A stretch of 63,702 nucleotides of DNA, the filler included, from Choristocarpus tenellus KU-1152 (lineage: Eukaryota; Protista; Phaeophyceae), in assembly GCA_964200185.2 (NCBI GenBank). It is 13 parts of 13 records of this genome, joined end to end, with 100 filler letters (N's around TTAATTAATTAA, not from the genome) between each part and the next. Parts side by side here need not be neighbours in the genome. Positions count along the whole stretch, not along the records: positions 11,327 to 19,861 come from CAXNAD020004609.1; positions 19,962 to 23,727 come from CAXNAD020018058.1; positions 23,828 to 29,373 come from CAXNAD020010459.1; 10 more parts are not named here. One strand, given 5' to 3'. Both the position numbers and the translations under genes were made by a program. The notes under the pieces are model-generated. The model was not told the origin of the DNA and did not search any database. It saw only the letters and a program-made list of their open reading frames with translations. Positions 11,529 to 24,381 of the stretch are shown here, in pieces (position 1 is the first letter of the stretch; the number at the start of each line of letters is the position of its first letter).

Positions 11529-13677
11529 CTAGACCTGTCCTGGATCTCTACTCTCCCCTTCTCATCCTGGTTGTTTGATCCCTATGCCACCCTATACTTC
11601 CACCTCTAGCAGGGGCTCCAACAGATATCAGTGCCTGAACATTTCTTTCCATCCATCTGCCTTACTGTCTCTTTCGGATCCTGTAAATTTCACAAGCTCT
11701 CATTTGCAGATTGAGTCTTGCTGCATGCCCTCTTCCAGTAGCCTGTCTGATCTCCATAAAATGCGCCCCTCAATGAGGCAATCGTGTATTGCACTTCACT
11801 GCGCCTCCCCACTAGGCTCATTATCAATTAGCCTTACCTCCTTTACCAGCTTGTCCAACTGGATGTTAGTAAGAGTCGTATCTTCCCCTACAGGTAGATG
11901 AAGAAAATTAACCTTGGACTACAAAAGGACTATGATTCTGTCTCTTGCAAAATGGCTCCTTGGTGCTTCAAATGGACTGCCATGATTGTCCACTACCTGT
12001 TGTGCAACAACACCTAAACTCTTTATCAAAGTCGCCAAAGCCATGCTGGCTTCGTGGACTTATCATTTAGTCCATCTGGTTGCAGCAAATGTTTTCCCTC
12101 TTTGCATTCTCTCAACTAAAACTGAGAAACTTCTTCCACTTCTCACCTTATCTGCTTGAAAAAACAATTCATACACGGTATTACGGAAGCGGGTCACATC
12201 ATGGGATAAGATGTAAATGGGCTCAAACGTGTGCTGGACAATGTACACTATAGAGGAAAGTTGCCCTCGCACTGGACATCATGTGCAGGTCCTGCTAGAT
12301 AGATATTGGGTAAGCAGACTGCAGGCCATGTGCAGGTCTAGTGTTGACCTCAATTATATCCGCTACAGGTCTGAATTTTCAAGGGTAGCACCAGCAGCAT
12401 TGAGTGTGGTATTGTGTGAGGTTCGTACAGAGTCATCCGATACAGACCTATAACCTACTCACACATGGAAGTATGTAGGTGTGACTGCACAAAAAAAACC
12501 CCAGATAGCCCAGAGAAGTAGATCTTGATCAGCTCATCTTGCCAAAAGACAACATTTCCCCCCTATCAAACAGCAAGGGATCATCACCATCTCATCAAAC
12601 CCCGGGAAGACAGTATCAAAGAACAAAATCTACTCTTAAGAAATTGGTGTCACCAAAAATGGAACACAGTTGTGTGTGCTCGCAATCCTGAACCAGGCAA
12701 GAGGCTAGGATTTAAGCTATACAGGACATGTACAATACTGTAACAAGTAATGGGCTGATTGATAAATAGGAGTACGTAAAAGATTCTGCAAACAGGGCAG
12801 ATATTCTCCTCATATATTAGGGTCTTGGGTCAATTTAGGGGAGCACCGTACATTGGCCATGAACAGGATTGTGCTATCTTCAGGGCATGAGCACAACATC
12901 ATTCAACTAGGCAAGAAATTGAGGTGATGTGGCATGCATCATCTTCGGAAAGAGATATGACTGCCAATGGAGTGCATGCGGTAAAAGGTAGGTTGGCCAG
13001 CATGAGTGAACTAAAATGATTGTTCATCACCCAGGTAATAATGGGATGGATATGATAGCAGGGTTGAAACATATTATCCTTAAGAGTCAACCAAGATTAC
13101 ATAAAGATTAAAAGTTGAGCGGTGACCAGCAACCAATTCTAGAACGCCTGGTTCATGCTCACCCACTGGCAAGATTTTCACAATATAGTTGTTGAGTTGA
13201 TACTGTTTTAAGAGCCGCGACAGGTGCACGGTCTAAATGCTGTGGAGTCCAACATATCGAGGTGGTTGCTGGCATGGTGTCTGACAAAGATTGGCAGGCA
13301 TTTTTAAGGCACCCCAGTAACGTCAAGTGTACAAACACGTCACTTTTAGTCCTCTGGCCTTCCTGTTTGGACGTTCTATCGGGTCACACTTGTGATCGGT
13401 CAGACTATATATAAAGAAGCACATGCAATAAAAAGATTCTCAAGGCAAGTGTAGCTAGGAAGTCCTATGCATGAGGACCTGCTCTAAAACAAGAGTAGAG
13501 AAGAACAATTTTCTCGATTCACCCCTTCCAGCACCAACCTTAGTTTTTCATTTTTTTTGAAGTATACACACAGTGCTTTTGGAGTTTTTCAAGTACGGTT
13601 GTCCCCTACAGAAAACAAATGATATTAAGTTAGTTTCCTCGGAGTGCCCTACCTACACATTGGGGGTCACCCCCCTG

Positions 13678-16600
13678 TCACCATTTTTTTTCAGTAGCAA
13701 GCAATGGAGCCTCATACATGGTATTGGATGCCTTGCAGCAAACGGACCCGACTTCCAAAACCACCTCTGATGTGAGTTCTTTCTCATCTTCCTTTCCTCC
13801 CCCTAACCCCTCTAATGACCTGGTCATTGCCCCAGAGTGTGCTTCTCCTGCTTCTTCCTCCCTCTCTGCCTCCTCAAGTAGACTTGCCATGTCACCCGGC
13901 ATGGATGCCACACTGACATGAACAATCGGATCCTGGAGTATTTTGGACATGCTATTGTCAGTTTGATAGTCTGACCAAAGATCTAGGTGGGGTCTAGAGT
14001 GGTATGCAGTGCCTAACCTTCTCAGGGGTAAAGTCAATCACTCTTCACAGTAACTCACGCTGTCTACCTACACTTTTGGAATCAATAGGCAGCATCAATC
14101 CCTAACCCTAACCCATTCAATATGGGGCATATGACCACGAAATTCAAGTAATGGTCCAATCTCAACTCTTAAGATAAATCATCAATACTACAAACGACCA
14201 GGCACAGCTGTCACACTTTAAGGGTAAAGAGTATGCATAGTATCGGATGGAAATTCATGAGGTGAGTTTTGCAAAGCATCAGGAGAGGGAGAGAGCAACA
14301 TTTACACAAATCATGTAGTGCAAAGTGACAAGTCTATTAATCACAAGTCATGTATCACTATAGTTCAAACTGTTAGTTTGGTCTCATTCGTCGGTAAGAC
14401 AGCACACTGAGACTGAGTTTGTTGAGTTTGTTGAGCTCCCATCAGACATGCATGGGTCTGAGAACCTGTCAATCCCGTTGCCTGTGGCTCCCCCCTGTTG
14501 TAAAGGGGTGTCCGTGGGATTCACTGTGCTGAGGCCCGACAGAGAACACTCTAGGAGGTCAACCAACCAAAAAAAAGAAAAGAAAATGTTCAAACAAGTA
14601 AGAATGCTTTATATACCGTGTTGAGTCAATAAAAAAGGCGCATACCCTGCAACCCTCCCTCACCCCCTCAAACCTACTAAAATATGAGGATCACTTCTTG
14701 CTCCACACTGAATGTAACGCCAAACTCAAAGAGTGGGTTGCTGAGGGTGCTTTGTCGAGATGACAACATACGAGCAGTTGAAGTAGAAATTGCCCAACAG
14801 GCTGGAGTTTTTGAGTAAACTCAAGCGCTGTAACAAATCGGGCAATGGGTCAAGCACAAAAATTGTTACCTTGACATTTGAGGAATATTTGAAGTATTTT
14901 CCTTTTCAGAAGCACATGGCGTAGTTTGTTGTTGACCAGGAGCTTTGGACTGACAAGCAGAAGAAAACTAAACATCGAGTTTATTGAGGGGATACAACAA
15001 ATGTTTTATCCATCTGACTTAGATTTGAGTGGAGTTTGGACACTGCGGTTGCCTGGCCGAAGTATGCATTTGAAAAGATGGCGTGCATGCCACAGAGTAG
15101 TATCAGACACTCACAGAGCCTAAATTTCTCAAGTCAAATAGTGTACCAAAACTTGGCAACAATAAGAACACTGCCTACTGCAATTTCTTGATTTGAACTA
15201 TAATTATTTTTGAGGGCAACTCAGTTTGGATAACTAGGGAAATCGTAGCACCACCAATGTTTAAAAATAGAACCAGTCAACAGGGTTACTGTGTTTCCAG
15301 AAAATAATGGAATTGCTCAGTGTAAAAAAAATCAAAGATCGGCCGAGTATCGTCACACTATTCAAATCTTACCCTTAATGTTAATATATTATACTGTGAA
15401 CAGACTTTTCTTAGTTATACCATAATTGCCCACTAAACCAAAGCCCCATTTAAAACCCTCTTTCACAATGGTACAATCTTTGCAAAAACTGTTCCAAGCT
15501 CTTGTTCTCAGATTTATAACTCTGAAAAGTAGAAAATTCCATGTTTCCATCAACCACGACATTTTCTAATATGCTACTGGAGTTCTTGTTTTCCAAATAT
15601 CAAGATGGAGTGACCCCATCGAAAACGTTTCAGAGGATACTTGGATTTCAATCAATGCAAGTGATCTCTCAAGGTCGGATGAGCCTGAATCATATCTTAG
15701 GCGGGAAGGGTGTAGGTTAACCCAGCCAGGTAGCTTATTGACTACCTTTGGTGGAGAGATGGAATGATGAATGCAGGCAACTAACTGTCTAAAAAACAAA
15801 CTACATATTCCTGCCACTGTGTATGACTTCCACAAAATTTTCAGTGTGCAAGGAAGGATCCCTCACCAGTGAAAAATAATTGAACAGAACCGAGACCTGA
15901 AGAAGATTTTGGTCTTGCTGCACTGACTATGATCCAAGTATTTCAAATGCCTTGCAGAGTGTATGTGCACACCCAAAGCTATGATAGGTGGAATGGCTTA
16001 CGTCCAAACTACCAGATTCCCTTCCTCCTGTAAAGTATCACCTCATAGTACGTGGGTTGCCTGTACTTCTGCAACAGCAGGTCCACCTTGTCGATGAGAT
16101 CCAGCACCTGGCGGGTCCCCCCAACTGTACGGAGGCACAAGAATGAACGTGTCTTGTCCTCATTGACCAGGACATCATACTTGCCAGTCACCACTATCGT
16201 GAACCTGATCCGCCGTTTGGTCAGAGGGATTATTTCTCGTAACTGAGGCCGTATCAACGCGATGAGGAATTTGGTACTTTGTCCACGCGTCCAAGAGCTG
16301 AGATCCATTAAGATACGGAACAAGGACAAGACTGCTGTTTATTGTACATCTGGAGTCGACTTTGGTAGGTGGGGAGAACGACGGGAAAGGCTCACCGTCG
16401 TGTGTTTTCGACCGCCTTTCCTAGAGCTGCTGTGAAAGGCTGGATTTGGTGGGCACGCAGGACGAACGTCTTGGAGAGGCTCAAGTGCTGAACACTAGTG
16501 GACTCAAGGTCATTGACAACCACCTCCACTGGTTTATTCTCCAACTGCATATAAAGAACAAGGGAACGAAGCAGTGGCAAACAAGAATGGAGCATAATCA

Positions 16601-17350
16601 TTCCAAGAACAGGAGATCGCCCCCTAAAGTGCATGTCCACGTTCTTTGCCAACGTACAGTCCGAAAATCTTCGGGTCAAACAATTTCGCGTTGAGGTGAA
16701 AAATGTAATACCTTTCGAGTGGGAATTTTAGGAGATCTTCGCTCCTGCTTTTGCCTCGTTGCGTCTCGGCTAGCACGCGAGTCCCAAGCTCGCGCCAGTC
16801 GCTTTCGAAGATGTCTCACGCTAGCTTCAGCCATGCTAACAAACTCTGGGGTGTTAGGTACTGAGGCAAGGAACAATGGAGCAGAGGTATGTCCCTTGAA
16901 TCACGACTTTGGAAGATTGGAAGGGGCGGCAATGCACACCAGAGAGTAGAGGGCCAAATCATATTATGGGTTGTGCGAGTTTTTACCTGGAATGTAGACG
17001 TAGGTTGGCCAATTTCCCCTCTCGTGTTGGAAACTCCGCGCCCACTGCACTTTGCCACTCCTCTCCCCTGCTCGCTTCCGCTCCACTGCTAAGTCATACT
17101 CTGAAAGGCCGAGAAGACAGGAGCTGAGACCAGGCGTCCCTTGGTGTGCGAAGGTGCCTCTTCACGGCCTTCAGATTTTGTCCCAAACAAACCACGACAA
17201 GGCCTCACCACTTTCCGCAAACATGCTGCGGATTTCATCTGGAAGCTCAGGTAGATCTGCAGTTAGCGGTGGCAGTGATTCATGCTCACGATCGCCCTCA
17301 TCGCCCGTACTCTCCTCATCTCCGCTAACGTATACGTTGAAGAGATCCAT
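13678..17350 (-). CDS. USB1: U6 snRNA phosphodiesterase (2H phosphoesterase), complete, 6 exons
   Basis: Exons 17350-17209, 17100-16987, 16860-16712, 16544-16396, 16204-16042, 13932-13678, all GT-AG and in phase. Motifs RSFQHERGNWPTYVYIP, HLSLSKT, LVNEDKTRSFL and PTYYEDPIVHVSVA, including both HxS catalytic motifs. Confidence 0.95.
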
Positions 17351-17764
17351 GTACCCATTGTTGTTGCAAATTCTGAGGTATTGAAAAGGGTTAGGGACTT
17401 GAGAGCATATTTTATCTCTAGTGTGGACAGAAAATCATGTTGATGAATATAGGATCTTCAACTACTGTTACTACTCTATTGACATATTATCACTATATTG
17501 GACTTTGTAGGAATTATCTCAGGTAAACCCAAGAACCTCCTACTGTAGGACCGATGATAACTAGTAACATTTTATCTTGTGAGACCTGTATCTAGTTTCT
17601 TTGACAAACTGCAACCTGCGCTAAGTGGTCGTGTTGAGGTTGAGGGTGTCACTTTGTTGTACCAAGTTGACCCCTTTCATTGAACTTTGTATCCTCAAGG
17701 AGCCAGTTGACACAATTCCCGTGTTTTAGATATTTGGGACGGATAGGGAGTTTCCTCTCGCAGG
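17351..17764. promoter_or_regulatory. Probable bidirectional promoter between USB1 and the anoctamin
   Basis: 414 bp, partly AT-rich and apparently repeat-free, between two divergent start codons. Confidence 0.6.
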
Positions 17765-19283
17765 ATGTCTGACTCGGGTGAATCCGAGAAAGGCAAGAAG
17801 CGAGGCGTGAGTTCCAGATTTAAACTTGGCAAGCTGTCATCAAAATTTGATGGACTGCACAATCCGTTTAAGCGTTCCAATGATAGCGACAGCGATAACG
17901 AGGATGACGCAAAAGTCCAACCTAGTGTGGAAAGAAAGCTCCCCCCCATCACCCCTGAACCTAACCTTTCAGTCCCGGTCCTGGGGACCAAACCCGTGCC
18001 TGCTGGCCAGGAACTAGATACTGCCACAGCCCCTATCTCGGATACCAAACCTGCCTCGAGTGGTTTACTATCCTCGGCCAAGGCCCTTGGGGGTAAGATG
18101 TCATCAGCAGTCACTTCCGCTCCAGAAAAGGCTGCCTCCGCTGTAAAGTCTGGTGCTGGTCAAGTCACCTCCGTTGTAGCAGCGGTCCCAGCCAAGGCGA
18201 CTTCAACTGCGAAGGCGGTGACTTCAACCGTGTCAAGAGGGGAAATTCCCAAGGAAGAGCGCAAGGAGGAGCCAGCTCCAGTAGTGGATGAACCTGTTGA
18301 TGAAGTTCCCGTGGTAGGTGGGCCTGTGCGTGGAACAGCTGACGTCGTTCTGCTAGGTGTCAAGGGACAGAAGGAAAACATCCTCCAGACCCTACGCGAG
18401 CGAGGATTCATTGTTCATGTGGTAAGTCATACGTAGAGCGTATTGTTGTCTCTTTGCCTGTAACGTGACTAGCCACACATCTTGTATCCGATCCCACTCG
18501 TCTGTCCCGTATCCCATCGTTGTTTTGCGTAGGCGTTGCTGCACGAGGAGGCGGGAACATTCACAATCGCTGCAGGCATTGGGCCAAAGCTCCTTGTTAA
18601 GATTGCGCTTAAGATTAATCTACTGTTGAAGGAGACAAACGAGTACACGTGCCGTGAGATGGCCTTGCTTGTGGGAGGTGCCATCAAGGTCCTTAGTCGG
18701 TCAGATCTTGAGTATAGTGAGGTGAGTGATTGCCATGCTGATCAATTAGGCCTGTTAGGAGAGCAGACAACTGGTTGCTCTCCTGCTGGTCCGTTCTCCA
18801 GCTCTGCAAATGTTTTAGGAAGGGAGAACGGTAAAATGATCACCATGCTACTATATCAATGTTCCAATCTCCTGTCTCAATATCACGGATGGTTCCGCAC
18901 AACCATCGACCAAATATTTGGGTTGTCAGGAGTCCTGAAAGCAGTGTCATCGTGAGCTAAATGGTACAATGAAGAAAGAGTAGGCTCTGCCTTCCACACT
19001 AAACAAACTTGCTGGCACGGCTGAGATCACATCCTTCTCCTGTACATCCCAGTCCAGATATGAGAGATTGGTTAAGTTGGAAGGTGCTCATGTCCTTTGC
19101 ATTCCTGTGCTATCTTTTTCTTCTTGTTTTCTTGTTTTTTCTTTGTTAGACTGTCCTGCTGCACAACAAGGAGGAACTGGCTCGTTTGACTGAGACCAAG
19201 AGCAATCAAGCCCCAGATGCTGTGTTTTCGTACTATGGCTCATATGTTGCGCTGTACTTTGCCTGGCTTAGGTTCTACACCAA
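17765..19283 (+). CDS. Anoctamin/TMEM16 family protein, 5' exons
   Basis: Exons 17765-18421, 18533-18721, 19150-19283 in phase. Exon 3 reads VLLHNKEELARL...QAPDAVFSYYGSYVALYFAWLRFYT, the conserved pre-TM1 anoctamin signature. Downstream exons were not identified before the gap. Confidence 0.88.
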
Positions 19284-19759
19284 GTAAGGCGTAGTGTTTG
19301 ATTTAATTGTCAGGCATACATTTGTGTATGTTAAGAATTGCATCGCTAATTGATGGTTCTGCAAGATACTCTGGTATTTGCTGCGTCCTCCAGGGGCACT
19401 TGTTTGTGATGATCGGCTTGAAGGCTAGTTATTCGTCAACACTTAGAAGTGCAGTACCTCTGCGAAAAACAATGAGACCAGGCCCGGTTCAGCGGAGGAC
19501 ACGGGGGGCGTTGTTGTACCTATATTTGACCCTGTTGATGGTTACGTATAGGCCGGCCCTGCTCACCTGACTTAATATCCCCGTCGCTCACCTTTTCTGC
19601 GTAGTGTTAACAACTCTTCTGCTGGGGGACCTACAATTTTATTGTTTCTTGTTTATTCCCGCAAACCCTTTCGTAGGTTGGGAAAATTTCGGTTGTGTTG
19701 TTGATGTCAAGCTAATCAACACTTGGAAGTGCACACCGCTTGAAACCCACCACCAACCG

Positions 19760-19861
19760 ACCCGAAGTAACTGGGTTGGGGGGGGGGGGATCTGCCCCAG
19801 GGAGTCCATTTGGGAGATAACCAGGAAAAGCGCACTCATTTTATCCATCCCACATCTGCGA
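19760..19861. mobile_element. MITE family B, degenerate and truncated by the gap
   Basis: PolyG followed by CCAGGGAGTCCATTTGG...ACCAGGAAAAGCGCAC, as in 5600-5670. Confidence 0.65.
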
Positions 19862-22171
19862 NNNNNNNNNNNNNNNNNNNNNNNNNNNNNNNNNNNNNNN
19901 NNNNNTTAATTAATTAANNNNNNNNNNNNNNNNNNNNNNNNNNNNNNNNNNNNNNNNNNNNGGCACTTTCCATTTACCATTTTGGGTCAAACTCATCCTC
20001 CATAGTATGCTCCATCCTCAATTTTGGTGATCGGCTGTTATAAACAGGGAAAGAAAAGTCACCAGCAGCAAGAGGAGGAGGTTGTGCCTATTCAATACAT
20101 TGGAATGCCAACGCCACACGTACAACCAAATGTAGTAGTAGTAACATGCCATCTATTGTTAGTATCATCACAAAATATGAACAATTATTGTGGAATCCAT
20201 TGTGAACACAACCACAAATAATACTTTGTATATACTACTGAATGGTAAATCTACGTGTCCTGTTTGTTGTTGGTGATACGGTACTACTAATGTTCAAGTA
20301 GTATTATTAGTATCGAACGAAGTCGTCCAACCATAATAATGTTCTACTTGGAGTATCTAGTAGTACATGACACATAATATGCATCCACCTCCGTCTGGTT
20401 TTTGAAACTCCATTTTTAGTGTTGATTGGAGTGCTTTCATTCTTACTATTAATAATATCGGATTGAATATGTACCGTTTGAGTCTATTTGCTGCTCACTA
20501 CTTCAATGACCAAACAATCTGTCTTCACAGAAAGTGCGTTCCAAGATAGATCGCAAAATCGTGTTTATGGTGCAAAAAAAGCATAAACGAGACATTTTTC
20601 ATCGTCCATGTTTTTACTATTACTCATGTTTCAAAAGCAACAACCCCTGTGTTATGGGTGGGGTGTAATGTAAAAAAAAAAGAGATTAAAAGTGCCAACA
20701 CGTCACAGCGAAACTCACCCTACAACTGTACTATACAACAGTACTGCACGTGTCCTATGAGAATGTTTATGCAATCTCCTCCCAAAAAAAGTTCTAAAAT
20801 AAACACTAAATAAATCTCCTTTACAACACAAAATTCACACCGAAAATTTCTCACATACTAAGAGGCAGACTGAGTGCACACTCTATAGTATAGTGCAGTT
20901 ACACTCCAGATATAAATTGACCGGTTCACTAGTCTACCAGCAGCCAAGTCAAAATGACCTCCAGGATATGACAGACTACCAGGCAAGATACAACATGGCC
21001 TTGATACAGCATACTAAACAACTGCCTTCTTGTCACCAGCCTCGAGTTCTTTCTCGAGTGCAAAATAAATACCCCTCCTCTCCACATGCGACCCAATTTG
21101 TAAAGCCCTCACAATGCACACATTGACCTACCTTTGCCTTGGTGATATTAATCAACTCAACCCATCACGTACCCATAGAGGTGGCATCTACTTTCCCACC
21201 CCTCTACGCTTCAGACACCCCAGAGGTATCCATTTCCGTGCCCTCTCCCCCGCCTGTAAAACCACTTCTACAGTACATCCATTTATTCCCTATACAACTA
21301 GGACTAACAGTTACGAGATTAGAGGGGCAAGGATGATACTGCCAAGAAGTAGTGTTTCACAGCAAAAGAATGCCAGGTGGTTTGCCACAATCGTTTGATT
21401 GGACTCATTCACTATGCCACCTTCCTGGGGATCTCACATGCCTGTAGCTTAGTCGCCAACAATATGTTGGGGCTTAGCTTGAGACTGCCAGTAGTATGTA
21501 ACATACCATACCGTCACGCCAACTAGCCAACCTCTTGGGAAAACAGCATACTGGAACCCTATCTACATCCCTCAACCTCCAGCTTCCCTGTCTAGTCTCA
21601 ACATGTCACTCCACTAATAATCCGAAATAAAGAATAGGCTGAAGAAATACACGGAGGCATGAAAGGACAAAGAAAGAGGGGGAAAATACAACACCTGACA
21701 CAATGATGATCACACCACATTTAAGGCTGAACCCCTTTGTACCAATCAAATACATCAAATATCACCTTGATTCCCACCCCTTGTCTTTGAAAAAAGACAC
21801 CAGCATAAACCTATCACTGCAGTAGCCAATCACAATATAATGATGTAATGTAATGATCCTTGAGTTCTTTCCCCTTTCCATTCGCAACAAAACACCCTAT
21901 AACCAGCACCACAAACCCACCCATCCACCCACTCCCCCCCTGCCTGAGATTCCCGCTGACACCAAGACAAGGTGGCATGTGGCCCATTAACAGCCAGTCA
22001 GAGGACTAACACCCTCAAAAGATACGCTCCTCCACCTCCTACTGTCCAGTTTAACTCCTGTATTGTACCCCGCCCTGACACTATCCATGTGAAACCTAAA
22101 GTATTCATGCCCTGTCTGGATCACCTATGCAGGCCATACTATCAGCCCTTTGCAATTGTATTACAATGCAA

Positions 22172-23672
22172 TCACTCCTTCTCCTCCTCCTCGCCACTAC
22201 TTGGGGGATCAGGTGGGGAGGGGACTATCTTCAACATAACAGCAGTCTTAGGATCTGTGGCTGTCAGAGGACTCGGACAAGAAGTGGATGGCTGCGCATC
22301 AACATCTGGCTTTGATGGTGCAGGGAGACCCACAGGATGAGATGAATCAGAAGATGAACAATGCGTGCCTTTAACAGCAGGCCAGCCTTCACTGTTTGCC
22401 TGCTTTTGTTCATGATGGAGCGCGCAAGAGGCGACAGCACGTTGGTCAGGAAAACGGCATGTTCGATCTTCATCATAGGCTCGTTGGTGTGAAGTTCCGA
22501 GTTCAATCCTTTGCATCCCACACAACTACGTCAGAAAAAAAAGCATTCTGATTGTACCTGAACATACTTGAGGCGAAAAACCCCCAACTCAAACCGAATG
22601 CCAAGGTGTGAACATTTCTGAGTGCAGGTCAATAGTTGGTGCACAGTACATTTATAAAAACAACTATCAATGCCAACCAAACCAAAACAGGTAAAGCACG
22701 GAATGGTCAAACCTCTTAAGTGGTCGAACTTAAACAAAATTGATCCAAGTGCAAAACTGACCAGTCCAAATTCCGTGCACAGTCAGATCTAAGGCCACAA
22801 CTGGAGGCAACCATGGAGTGTGTAGTGCCCTTTGAAGCTATGCACAAGGCTAACAAAACACCTCCCCATCGAACATTGAGCACGCCAATCAGGTACAGCA
22901 TCACACCACAATTCTAGAGAGGGTAGCAAGGCATTGTTTCGTACCTCTCTGCAGAACGAAACCAACACCAAGGTCGCAACAAACAACCACTCTACTCCCA
23001 TCTCAAAAACTATCAAACAAAAAAGAGGCATCTTGACAAGAGCAGCAGAATATCATTTCACAACCCTAACCCTAACCCTACTGAGAGTGCAGAGAGCGTA
23101 CACTAATAAAACATTCTCAAACTACTACTGCACTGGTAAACACCACATGCTGGCGAGAGATACGCCCACCCCATCAAAAAAAAAACCAGGCAGGCAGACG
23201 GTTCATTTGAATATTGCTCACTAACCAATGAGCACCACTTCAAATGGATCCATACCAACACCCATGTTAATCCCCCTGCATTTTTCACACCCGACACTCT
23301 AAGGTTTGTGCTCCTCCGGTGGAACAGAAGAGGACAGTATCCTTGCAACGATCAGCTCCAACAAACTTGCAGGTGGATGCTTACGACCTTTAAAAATTGC
23401 AACAAAAATCTAGTCATCAAGACGACACTATATTGATTCTCCCTGTCCAAAGATGTGGGAAACATAGCCCAGTAGGAAAGGGAGGAACAAAAACCACCAC
23501 TTAGAAAAACAAAAAAGGAAGCGCTTGAAGTCTCACCCTCACTGTCTTCTGCAGCTGCCTGTAGAACATCATTCCATCGAAGAGCATGTCCAACTCATTC
23601 AACTTGCCATCCGCTGAAAACCCTGTCCGGAGCATGCCTTTCTTTTCTACCTCTATCAACGCGCCGTGAAGC
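22172..23672 (-). CDS. Probable 3' exons of an uncharacterised gene; the first exon resembles a stramenopile domain seen in bZIP/PAS-type proteins
   Basis: Exon 23672-23537 reads LHGALIEVEKKGMLRTGFSADGKLNELDMLFDGMMFYRQLQK with AG/GT borders. Further acceptor-bounded open frames start at ~22949 and ~22525; their joining is unresolved. Confidence 0.4.
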
Positions 23673-23856
23673 CTTCAAGTCAGAGGGCAGTCCATCAGAG
23701 AGAGACAACACAGGAATGCCAGAGGGGNNNNNNNNNNNNNNNNNNNNNNNNNNNNNNNNNNNNNNNNNNNNTTAATTAATTAANNNNNNNNNNNNNNNNN
23801 NNNNNNNNNNNNNNNNNNNNNNNNNNNCTTGAATCTATCGGCCTCTATATGGACTG

Positions 23857-24381
23857 GAGTGCTAGTCTCTTAGAGGGTACGAGTTTTGCCCTCATTGTCC
23901 GTTTGGGGCTTGGCTTCCCACAGTTTTTTTAATTACATTTTCCTACTCTGAAGTATGAGCCAAAGTATTTTAGAGGGTAGAGCCGCGTCCATTTTGATGG
24001 CCAAAATCCAGCATTGCGATTTTTATGTAATTTTGGCAATGTGATTGTTAGGAGATGTCAATATCCTTGTTCCGGACACACCTTTTGGTAACATATACAC
24101 TTTACCTACTCCGAAACAGTTCAGAGCAGGTAAAATATCATTAAAAAATATGAGGGTTAGCCAAGCCCCAAATTGACAAACAGGGCAAAAACCCGTACCC
24201 TCTAAGATACTTTCACTCATATGTTTCAGAGTAGGTAAAATATATACGTAATAAAAAGGTGTGCCCAGAACAGGGATACTGAACTTCCTAACAAACACGA
24301 TAGCCAAAATTACATCAAAATAGTAACATTGGATTTTGGCCCCAAACGGATGCGGCTCTACCCTCTAAGATACTTTGACTC
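23857..24381. mobile_element. MITE family A with a second, inverted family A copy nested inside (23957-24218)
   Basis: Outer TIRs are flanked by ACTG/ACTG. The inner copy GAGCCAAAGTATTTTAGAGGGTAG...TACCCTCTAAGATACTTTCACTC is flanked by GTAT/ATAT. Confidence 0.9.

Noticed and set aside
11575-13400. Decayed coding-like sequence downstream of USB1
   Set aside because: Stop-riddled with no motif I can assign; left uncalled.
17695-18411. Minus-strand ORFs of 139 and 83 aa
   Set aside because: Shadows of anoctamin exon 1.
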